Source: Candidatus Cloacimonadales bacterium
GTDB lineage: Bacteria > Cloacimonadota > Cloacimonadia > Cloacimonadales > JAFGVF01
Direction: 5' to 3'
DNA: 64,000 nt
Assembly: GCA_963662585.1 (NCBI GenBank)
Contig: OY759729.1
Location: 1,856,001-1,920,000 of the forward strand
The position numbers and the translations under genes are program-made. Under the pieces are notes generated by a model. The model worked only from the letters and a program-made list of their open reading frames with translations, was not told the DNA's origin and made no database searches. Each line of letters begins with the position of its first letter. Positions within the stretch are counted from its first letter, which is position 1. Of the stretch, positions 19,612 to 27,579 are shown piece by piece.

Positions 19612-20603
19612 AGAAATTCTTAGTATTAGCTATTTCCTTGTTTGCAGTTATTAGTCTCTATTCAGAAATCTCTCTAACTTTTACTAATAGCTCATCTTAT
19701 AGCGATAATGTTTTTCAGTTATCAGATAAAGATTTAGATGCTCATGATGCGGGAACTGCTTTCAGTTATATCGAAACCAGTGATGACTTGATAAATAACT
19801 CAAGTTTGAGTATTTATAGCAGAAATCAAATTGGTAAGGTTCGATATGACTTCTTTGTAAGAGGCGCTTATAATGCTTATCTTAAAAATACTGATAAAGC
19901 TAATGCTGCTATCTCAACAGGTTTTGGCATTGATAGTAGAAACTTTAATAGCTCTATTATGTATGGTTATTATCCTGATAACTATGTAAGAAAATATCAA
20001 GATAAAGATGGTTCAGGAGATTATGAAAAATTTGAGTATGATAAAAACTTATATAAATTCGATGCTGAATATAGATTTACTAGAAAGGCTTATCTTTTAG
20101 CTTATCTTAAGTATGAACAATACTATCATAATGAATATTTTACTGAATATGATGGTGATGCTATTACTCCAGGTATCGGACTTAAATACTCCTTCTCTGA
20201 ATTATATTTAGAAGGCTGGTACTACTATCGCAGTTATGAAACTCACGATGAGATAGTGCCTGATGATGAAATCTCTGATCAATCATACGAAAGTAATACC
20301 TATTCAGTTCAATTAAAAATGAAGAAACTTAAAACAAGAAAATTCGAATATCGCCCTGTATTTGATTTCAGATATGAAAAAAGATATTATGATGGATGGG
20401 ATAAATATCATAATGGTAGAGAAGATGATACTATCACTATTAATCCTTCTGTTAAGTTCTATTTAACCGATTATTTGAACATTACTCTTGACTATACTTC
20501 AAAAATAAGGAATGTGTCATCTGAGAGTCAAAGTGTAGAAGACAGCAAATCTTATCAAGAAAACCAGATGTCTATCGCCTTTGAGCTACCGATAAAATTA
20601 TAA
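19608..20603 (+). CDS. Putative outer-membrane beta-barrel protein
   Basis: Signal peptide from ATG 19608 (ATGA overlap with upstream stop); Tyr/Phe-rich alternating strands; N-terminal YSDNVF...SDD. Confidence 0.65.
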   Translation: MKKFLVLAISLFAVISLYSEISLTFTNSSSYSDNVFQLSDKDLDAHDAGTAFSYIETSDDLINNSSLSIYSRNQIGKVRYDFFVRGAYNAYLKNTDKANAAISTGFGIDSRNFNSSIMYGYYPDNYVRKYQDKDGSGDYEKFEYDKNLYKFDAEYRFTRKAYLLAYLKYEQYYHNEYFTEYDGDAITPGIGLKYSFSELYLEGWYYYRSYETHDEIVPDDEISDQSYESNTYSVQLKMKKLKTRKFEYRPVFDFRYEKRYYDGWDKYHNGREDDTITINPSVKFYLTDYLNITLDYTSKIRNVSSESQSVEDSKSYQENQMSIAFELPIKL

Positions 20604-20618
20604 CTTGAGGTGTACATT

Positions 20619-20894
20619 ATGTTTAAGAGTGAGTCAAACAGAGAGAAGATTAAAGAGTTTCTCTATTTAATCGAGAATGAGAAAGTTGATTTAAAACGCT
20701 TCACTCGACCTGTGTTGGTTTGGACTATTAAAGATCAAAGAGTAGGCTATACTATTTGGGAAGAGGATTTACTCCATAGATTCGGATTGGAAAATGTTGA
20801 TGGTTGGGATTATGATGAAGACATAAGCTTCGCTCCTGACTGGGTTTTAGATGACGACGATTTATTATTCGATGATGATGATGACGATTTTTAA
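20619..20894 (+). CDS. Small acidic hypothetical protein
   Basis: GAGGTG RBS before ATG 20619; poly-Asp C-terminus. Confidence 0.65.
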   Translation: MFKSESNREKIKEFLYLIENEKVDLKRFTRPVLVWTIKDQRVGYTIWEEDLLHRFGLENVDGWDYDEDISFAPDWVLDDDDLLFDDDDDDF

Positions 20895-20919
20895 AATTAA
20901 AAAGAAAAACTGAGATTAT

Positions 20920-20950
20920 AAGCAAGAGTGTGTAAGAACACTCTTGTTTT
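20920..20950 (+). terminator. Intrinsic terminator closing the pgs operon
   Basis: AGCAAGAGTG-TGTAAGAA-CACTCTTGTT followed by TT. Confidence 0.6.
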
Positions 20951-20974
20951 ATTATAGGACAAGAGAAGGAAAAT

Positions 20975-21985
20975 ATGAATATTGCAATAATTGGTGGTGG
21001 AAGCTGGGGATTAGCCCTCTCTAACCTACTTTTCGATAACGGACATCAAGTTAAGGTGTGGGAATATAATTCTGAATTCGTTAATTTAATCAAGAATACT
21101 GGAAAAAATGAGATTTTCTTACCAAACATTCTCATTGAAGCAGAAGTTAGCGACTCCTTAACAGAGGTAATTACTCCAGCATGTGAAATGGTAATTCTTG
21201 CAACTCCATCTTCTTTTCTCAAGCAAATTCTAAAAGAAATTTCCCCTATTTTAGATAAATTAAACAATTTGAAATATATTATTAATGTTGCTAAAGGATT
21301 TGACCACTCTAATGGTGATATTCTCTCTGAAATGATAAGGAAAGAATTACCCCAAAAATATAGCAAACTAATCTGTGTACTCTCAGGCCCTAGTCATGCT
21401 GAAGAAGTTGCTACTAAAAAGCCAACCACTGTAACGATTGCAGGCGAAGATCTCTTATATCTCAAAGAGGCTCAAGAAGCTTTCAGTAATGACTATTTTC
21501 GCGTTTATAGCACAACAGACATCATAGGTGTAGAACTGGGGGGTGCTCTAAAAAATGTGATAGCCATGGCTGCAGGAATTGTTGTAGGCTTAGGTTTTGG
21601 AGATAATACTCTAGGTGCTCTCCTTACCAGAGGTAATGTAGAAATTAAGAGACTCTCTGTAGCATTAGGTGCTAAACCTGAAACACTAGACGGCTTAGCT
21701 GGTATCGGTGATTTAATAACCACAGCTATCTCTCCCCATAGTAGAAACAGATTCGTAGGAGTTGAACTGGGTAAAGGCAGAGATTTACAGGATATTTTAG
21801 CCGGAATGAAGATGGTGGCTGAAGGTGTCTTAGCAACTAATACTGCTTATATGCTAGCTGAGAAACTCAATATCGAAATGCCTATTGTGGAAGCTACTTA
21901 CAAAATTCTACAAAGTGAAATATCTGCTCGAGATGCAATAAGACAATTGATGCTCAGAGACTTAAAAAGCGAAAGGTGGATGTAA
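20975..21985 (+). CDS. gpsA: NAD(P)H-dependent glycerol-3-phosphate dehydrogenase
   Basis: GGGSWG, AKG, LSGPSHA, GGALKNVIA, GIGDL, SRN and VAEG motifs. Confidence 0.96.
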   Translation: MNIAIIGGGSWGLALSNLLFDNGHQVKVWEYNSEFVNLIKNTGKNEIFLPNILIEAEVSDSLTEVITPACEMVILATPSSFLKQILKEISPILDKLNNLKYIINVAKGFDHSNGDILSEMIRKELPQKYSKLICVLSGPSHAEEVATKKPTTVTIAGEDLLYLKEAQEAFSNDYFRVYSTTDIIGVELGGALKNVIAMAAGIVVGLGFGDNTLGALLTRGNVEIKRLSVALGAKPETLDGLAGIGDLITTAISPHSRNRFVGVELGKGRDLQDILAGMKMVAEGVLATNTAYMLAEKLNIEMPIVEATYKILQSEISARDAIRQLMLRDLKSERWM

Positions 21986-22048
21986 GAGAATTGAGAATTG
22001 AGAATTGAGAATTCAGAATTGAGAATTGAGAATGGAGAATTTAGAATT
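21986..22048. repeat. Tandem heptamer GAGAATT x9
   Basis: Nine consecutive units, three with one substitution, starting immediately after the gpsA stop. Confidence 0.95.
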
Positions 22049-22049
22049 A

Positions 22050-22143
22050 AAAGATGAGGGGCTTCTTAACTGGGAATGTGGGCTTCCAGCCCGCATCATT
22101 GCGAGGCAATGATATATCTTCAAACCCCAAGGGATTAAATAAA
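22050..22143. repeat. 94-bp palindromic module, copy 1
   Basis: Matches 54672-54765 with 4 mismatches; contains hairpins GTGGGCT-TCC-AGCCCGC and TCATTGC-GAG-GCAATGA. Confidence 0.93.
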
Positions 22144-22171
22144 AAAGCAGGTTGAAATACAGCCTGATGGC

Positions 22172-22723
22172 TTCACGGACTAAAGGTCCGTAACCCCAGT
22201 TAATCACTAAAGATGATAGCTTACAGCATGATAATCCCTCTTCTGCCGGATTGTGGACAACCTGAAGACCGGAGTTCCTCAGCCGTAGGCAAGGGACTTC
22301 GGACGAAGAAATTTGTCTGTCGGAAGTAGCTATTCCGTAAAATTGCTTAAAAATCTAGAAATCCCTGTATCTAATGTAGAAGCAGAAACGCTTCCACTTT
22401 ATAGAAGAAAACACCCCCTGTATCCCCCTCGCGGAGGGGGATTTAAGATTCACGGACTAAAGGTCCGTAACCCCAGTTAATCACTAAAGATGATAGCTTA
22501 CAGCATGATAATCCCTCTTCTGCCGGATTGTGGACAACCTGAAGACCGGAGTTCCTCAGCCGTAGGCAAGGGACTTCGGACGAAGAAATTTGTCTGTCGG
22601 AAGTAGCTATTCCGTAAAATTGCTTAAAAATCTAGAAATCCCTGTATCTAATGTAGAAGCAGAAACGCTTCCACTTTATAGAAGAAAACACCCCCTGTAT
22701 CCCCCTCACAGAGGGGGATTTAA
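22172..22723. repeat. 277-bp tandem duplication of hairpin modules
   Basis: Units start at 22172 and 22449 (TTCACGGACTAAAGGTCCGTAACCCC) and are nearly identical. Confidence 0.95.
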
Positions 22724-22793
22724 AAACACCCCGTCTGCTTCGCAGCCACCCCTCTTTTATCGTGCCTTCAGCACTAAAGAGGGGAGTTTAAGA

Positions 22794-22934
22794 TTCACGG
22801 ACTAAAGATCCGTAACCCCAGTTAATCACTAAAGAGGGGGATTTAAGATTCACGGACTAAAGATCAGTAACCCCAGTTAATCACTAAAGAGGGGGATTTA
22901 AGATTCACGGACTAAAGGTCCGTAACCCCAGTTA
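22794..22934. repeat. 55-bp tandem repeat, about 2.5 copies
   Basis: TTCACGGACTAAAG.TC.GTAACCCCAGTTA at 22794, 22849 and 22904. Confidence 0.93.
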
Positions 22935-23161
22935 TTAAATTATTTAGGATGGACAATTAGCTTGCCCTTTTGATTTATTATGGAATGGGGGCTATTCAGT
23001 GTATTATCTTCTTCGTGAAATTCATGAAAATGTAAGCAAGGGGCTTATTTTCGTAGAGATAAATAATAATACAAATATGTCTGTTAGCATTTTTTAGATT
23101 TATTCTTTGACAAAATATAGTCCTATAATAAACTTTTCCCAAAAGTACCAAAAGGATAATC

Positions 23162-24319
23162 ATGATAAGTCATAATGTAGTTACAGAATATATATCAGTC
23201 TTTATTTTAGCCTTTGTTTTAGTGTATAGTATTACACCATGGATAATCAAATTAGCGCACAAAATTAACTTTGTGGATAACCCTAATGCTAGGAAAATTC
23301 ATAAAACAGCAATACCCTTGATGGGGGGATTAAGTGTTTTTATTGGATTTATTGCCTTAGTGGTCTATGATGTTGTTATTGTATCTGATAGAGTGTTTAA
23401 TATGAGGTTGATAGGCTATTTATTAGGGGCTTTGGTCATAGTGATTGTTGGGGTAATTGATGATAAGCGTGGAATGAACCCAGTTGTTAAGCTAGGTGGT
23501 CAATTCTTAGCTTGTTCCTTATTCATCTTTACTAATTTCGGAACAGTTACTTACTTTAATTTACCGCTATTCAATGATGTTTCATTTCCTATGATATTAT
23601 TGAGTAACGATATTATGTTCAACAATTATTTTTCAATACCTATATTGTATATTTGGATGATAGGTCTGATGAATGCTACCAACTTTTTGGATAATATGGA
23701 TGGGATGATTACAGGTATTTCATCAATCATTGCCTTAGGTTTTTTTGCATTCAGTATGATCATTAATCCTGATAATAGTAGTTCAGCTTTGTGGCTCAGT
23801 TTGATGGGATTACTTTCACTATCTTATGCTGGAGCTGTTCTAGGCTTCTTGCCTTATAATTTTAATCCTGCCAAAATTTTCTTAGGAGATGCTGGTTCCA
23901 TGTTTATAGGTTACTTTATCTCTTCTATGGGGATATTGATGGCCAACTTTGCTTCTTTGCAATTCCAGAGTAAATGGTTCTATCTTTTACCGGTTATTTT
24001 AATAAGTTACGCAATATTTGATATTTGCTTTGTTAGTATAACAAGGAAAAGGGATGGAAGGTTAGTTTGGCAAGGAGGAAAAGATCATACTACACATAGA
24101 ATAAAGAACTTATTAGATTCTGTAAAAGTAACAGCTTTATTGATTTATGCAATTAATATTATTGTAGTTATTTTAACTATAATGGTTACTTTAATTGGAA
24201 GTTATGAGCTGTTATTAGCGATATTGGTTATCTGCTCAATATGCTATGTATTGCTAGGAAGAAGGCTGTATGCAGTAGAAGTAGAGATACCGGCTAATCA
24301 ATTAAAGAAAAGAGTTTAA
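23162..24319 (+). CDS. MraY/WecA-family polyprenyl-phosphate sugar-1-phosphate transferase (WecA/TagO-like)
   Basis: D-P-ARKIH..P-MGG, GVIDD, NFLDNMDG, NFNPAKIFLGDAGS and DHTTHR motifs; multi-TM. Confidence 0.9.
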   Translation: MISHNVVTEYISVFILAFVLVYSITPWIIKLAHKINFVDNPNARKIHKTAIPLMGGLSVFIGFIALVVYDVVIVSDRVFNMRLIGYLLGALVIVIVGVIDDKRGMNPVVKLGGQFLACSLFIFTNFGTVTYFNLPLFNDVSFPMILLSNDIMFNNYFSIPILYIWMIGLMNATNFLDNMDGMITGISSIIALGFFAFSMIINPDNSSSALWLSLMGLLSLSYAGAVLGFLPYNFNPAKIFLGDAGSMFIGYFISSMGILMANFASLQFQSKWFYLLPVILISYAIFDICFVSITRKRDGRLVWQGGKDHTTHRIKNLLDSVKVTALLIYAINIIVVILTIMVTLIGSYELLLAILVICSICYVLLGRRLYAVEVEIPANQLKKRV

Positions 24320-24320
24320 G

Positions 24321-25058
24321 ATGAAATTAACAATTCTTGGGACAGCCCCCGGAAAATCAATATTAGGTAAAAGTCATACTTCATATTTATTGGAAGATGA
24401 TGAAAAGAAATTCCTAATTGATTGCGGAGAGGGAACAACTCAGAAATTGTTAGAAAAGAATCTTGCTGGGGATGAATTAGATTTGATAATAATATCTCAT
24501 TTCCATCCAGATCATATTACAGGCTTATTTATTCTTTTACAAACTCTCTATTTAAATAAGAGAAGAAAAGATCTTTTCCTATTTTTACCTGAAAGTGTAG
24601 GGGAATTTGAAGCATTTTTAAAAACAGTATATATATTTAATGATAGATTTAGTTATAATATTAATATTCAGTTGTATGATGAGAATAGTTTTACTGATAT
24701 TGGCATTTATCCTTTTAAGAATACACACTTAATTGGTTATAAGAGTATTGTAGATAAGTATAATTTGCCCAATAGGTTATTATCATACTCATTTATTATT
24801 GAAGGAGAGAGAAGAAGTTTATTATTATCTTCAGATATAAGATCCTTAGAAGATATTAATGAGCAAGTGCAGAGATGTGAGGTTTTGGTTTTAGATGGAA
24901 TTCATCCTTCATCTCAATCAATAGAAGAGTTATTAAAAGAGAGCAACACAGAGGTTTATATTACACATGGAGATTATTCAAATTTACAAGAAAAGTTTGC
25001 TGAACTACTCAGCGACCAAATTAAATTGGCAGAAGAAAATGATGAAATATTTCTATAA
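24321..25058 (+). CDS. MBL-fold metallo-hydrolase (RNase Z-like)
   Basis: LTILGT, LIDCGEG, SHFHPDHITG motifs, later D and ITH ligands. Confidence 0.8.
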   Translation: MKLTILGTAPGKSILGKSHTSYLLEDDEKKFLIDCGEGTTQKLLEKNLAGDELDLIIISHFHPDHITGLFILLQTLYLNKRRKDLFLFLPESVGEFEAFLKTVYIFNDRFSYNINIQLYDENSFTDIGIYPFKNTHLIGYKSIVDKYNLPNRLLSYSFIIEGERRSLLLSSDIRSLEDINEQVQRCEVLVLDGIHPSSQSIEELLKESNTEVYITHGDYSNLQEKFAELLSDQIKLAEENDEIFL

Positions 25059-26556
25059 ATCATTGCTAATTTCAATTCTGTTAATTATTTTTAGTGGATG
25101 CGAATCTAATAGATATCGCAACGCTACTTCTTCCTATTATCAAGGTAGATACACAGTTTCTATAGAAGAGATTGATACTTATCTTAAAGAGGCAAGTAAT
25201 GGAGCATATAAAACAAATGCTGAATTAATAAGAAGCAAGTCTTATTATAAGCTAGCCTTAAGAGCCTATGAATCAGATAATCTAGCTCTTGCTACTAGAT
25301 TCGCTATTTTAGCAAACTCAGCAACTACTGATTCACTATTAGCCAGATGCTATTATGATTTTGCCAAAGTCTCTTTTTCTAAAAATGATAAGGAAAAAGG
25401 ATTTGAGTTTTATAATCAGATTCTTTTAGAAATTCCTGAATCCCGTTTCACACCTGAAATTATTTACACAAAAATGAAAGATAGCTATACTACTAATCCT
25501 AATAATTACTTAGAAGCATGGGAATATTATAAACAATTCTGCCCTAAGTACAGGGATAACAATTATGAAAAAGAGGCTCGTAAAATAGTCCTCGAATTTT
25601 CACCTCAATATATTTCTGATGCTCTAAGTGCTGATTCTCAGGTTGGTTTAGAGAAGTTATTAGAGCTAGTTAAATATCCTGTTGGAAATACAAGAGAAAC
25701 TAATGGTGCAATATCCCAGATATATATAAGAATGGCAGAAGAAAATATTACAGAGAATAACTTTATTGAAGCAGATAATAACTTCAAGGCTGCTGTTTAT
25801 TACGACTCTTCTGTAAAAGATTTTGTTAAAAAAAGATTATTAGATACGGCTGAACAATATATTATTAGTGGTCAAGAGTATGTTCGACAAAGGGATTTTG
25901 AAAATGCCTTTCTTCTTTTCAATCGGACATTTGATGTTATTCCTGGTTATAAAAAAGCTCTTAACGCTATTCAAGAAACCACAGAACTTCTCAGTAGAAT
26001 TGAACAAGCTAAAGAATTATACGATGAAGGTCAAAAATTGGAAAAAGCTAATTTGAGAAATATCTTCCCTGGAGTGAAAGTGAAACTTTCAGTTACTGAA
26101 AGAAATAATTTCGAGATTAAAAGGTTCGAAAAAATACTAGCTATTTATCAAAAAGCCTATAATTTAGATCCACTACCACAATATAAACAACAAATTTCCT
26201 ATACTACTAACATTATTAAATACTTTAAAAACCCTGATGAATTCGCTGTAGAAATATTAAAAGAGTATAAATCTTTTATAGTTGAAAAAGCCATTAATGA
26301 AGCGAGAGAATATCTGTTAACAAATATTACCTCTTCTGCATTGACAGATACAGGTTGGGAGGTTTTAGTCGCTTCAGGAAGTTACCAATATGAAGTTAGA
26401 TATACATTGATAAGTTTATCTAAGAAATTCTATTTTAGATGGTTAGTTAACTTAAAGAACAAAGAGATTACTGCTCTTAACAGTCTGTCAGAAGAGGCAC
26501 TGAAAGGTAAATTCGTAATAAATGAAGAGGAAAAAGAGAATGAAAATATCGACTAA
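25039..26556 (+). CDS. TPR-containing lipoprotein
   Basis: Lipobox IFSGC after ATG 25039 or 25042; TPR-like helical repeats. Confidence 0.7.
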   Translation: MMKYFYKSLLISILLIIFSGCESNRYRNATSSYYQGRYTVSIEEIDTYLKEASNGAYKTNAELIRSKSYYKLALRAYESDNLALATRFAILANSATTDSLLARCYYDFAKVSFSKNDKEKGFEFYNQILLEIPESRFTPEIIYTKMKDSYTTNPNNYLEAWEYYKQFCPKYRDNNYEKEARKIVLEFSPQYISDALSADSQVGLEKLLELVKYPVGNTRETNGAISQIYIRMAEENITENNFIEADNNFKAAVYYDSSVKDFVKKRLLDTAEQYIISGQEYVRQRDFENAFLLFNRTFDVIPGYKKALNAIQETTELLSRIEQAKELYDEGQKLEKANLRNIFPGVKVKLSVTERNNFEIKRFEKILAIYQKAYNLDPLPQYKQQISYTTNIIKYFKNPDEFAVEILKEYKSFIVEKAINEAREYLLTNITSSALTDTGWEVLVASGSYQYEVRYTLISLSKKFYFRWLVNLKNKEITALNSLSEEALKGKFVINEEEKENENID

Positions 26557-27130
26557 ATATTTTGCCCTAATTATCTGTTTAATGATAACTTTTCTTCAAC
26601 TTCCTGCTCAAGGTTTTGATTTAAATAAATTTTCTAACCCTAAGAAATACGGTTGGGAAGATTATAGTGATAGAAATGAATATCGACAAGATTTAATAGA
26701 GAGACAAGAGTTACTTCAGCTTTATGAAATTAAGGCAAAATCTATTTCATATACTATGGCTAAATCTGCGATATTCCCTGGATGGGGACATTATAGTATT
26801 GAATCCTACTCTAAAGGTCATACCTTCTTAACAGGTGGAGTAATCCTTGCTGGAGCTGGATTATACTTCTACTCTCGTTCCCAAGATTACTATAAGAATT
26901 ACAAAAATGCTAGTCAAATTGATGTGATTAATAGTAATTATGATAAAGCTGAACAGAACTATAATACTTCAATGATTTTCTTAGCAGCTTATGCTATTTT
27001 ATGGAGTTATAATCTTTACGATAGTTCCGAAAGTACCGAAAAATATAATGCCAACCTCTGGGAAGATTTAATGAATAATAGATTTGATAATATTTCTTTA
27101 ACTCCAGGTGGTTTAGAGGTGAGATTCTAA
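26540..27130 (+). CDS. Membrane protein, DUF5683-like
   Basis: Signal peptide, SAIFPGWGHY motif, two hydrophobic segments, ends LEVRF. Confidence 0.6.
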   Translation: MKISTKYFALIICLMITFLQLPAQGFDLNKFSNPKKYGWEDYSDRNEYRQDLIERQELLQLYEIKAKSISYTMAKSAIFPGWGHYSIESYSKGHTFLTGGVILAGAGLYFYSRSQDYYKNYKNASQIDVINSNYDKAEQNYNTSMIFLAAYAILWSYNLYDSSESTEKYNANLWEDLMNNRFDNISLTPGGLEVRF

Positions 27131-27570
27131 TGAAAAATATTCTAAAACTAATAGTAATTGTCTTCGTGATATCAATGATAGCTTGTGGACTTGATAGATC
27201 TAATCCTTTAGATCCTGAGAATGGAAATATAGATACGCCTAAGTTAGTTACTGGAATAGAGCTTAGCTGTAGTGGGCAAGGGGCAATTAATAAATTTGTG
27301 ACTATCAATTGGGAACCACTCCAGTTTAATGAATCTAACGGATACTTTATTTACCGTTCTCAATCTTATGATGGTACCTATGATAGAATAACTGTTGTGA
27401 GAGATAATCAACAGTCTTCTTACACTGATAGTGATAAAATAATTCCTGGAGCATATTTTTACAAGATGTCTTCCTTCGTTTATCTAAATCCAGCGAACCC
27501 TAATGATAATGAAAGACTTGAAGGACCTCTTAATAGACCAGGTGAGCCTGGTATTATGGTTCCCCAATAG
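27130..27570 (+). CDS. Lipoprotein with an FN3-like domain
   Basis: Lipobox MIAC, RSNPLDP, W...GYFIYRS...YTD...YFYK pattern. Confidence 0.65.
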   Translation: MKNILKLIVIVFVISMIACGLDRSNPLDPENGNIDTPKLVTGIELSCSGQGAINKFVTINWEPLQFNESNGYFIYRSQSYDGTYDRITVVRDNQQSSYTDSDKIIPGAYFYKMSSFVYLNPANPNDNERLEGPLNRPGEPGIMVPQ

Positions 27571-27579
27571 GATATTAAT

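Noticed and set aside
22013..22805. ORFs 22013-22207(-) and 22590-22805(+)
   Set aside because: They are translations of heptamer and palindromic repeat DNA with no RBS or protein features.
22172..22934. Possible CRISPR array (recurring ~40-bp palindromic repeat)
   Set aside because: Intervening sequences are identical or irregular in length (periods 277, 345, 55, 55), there are no unique spacers, and no cas genes are in the window.
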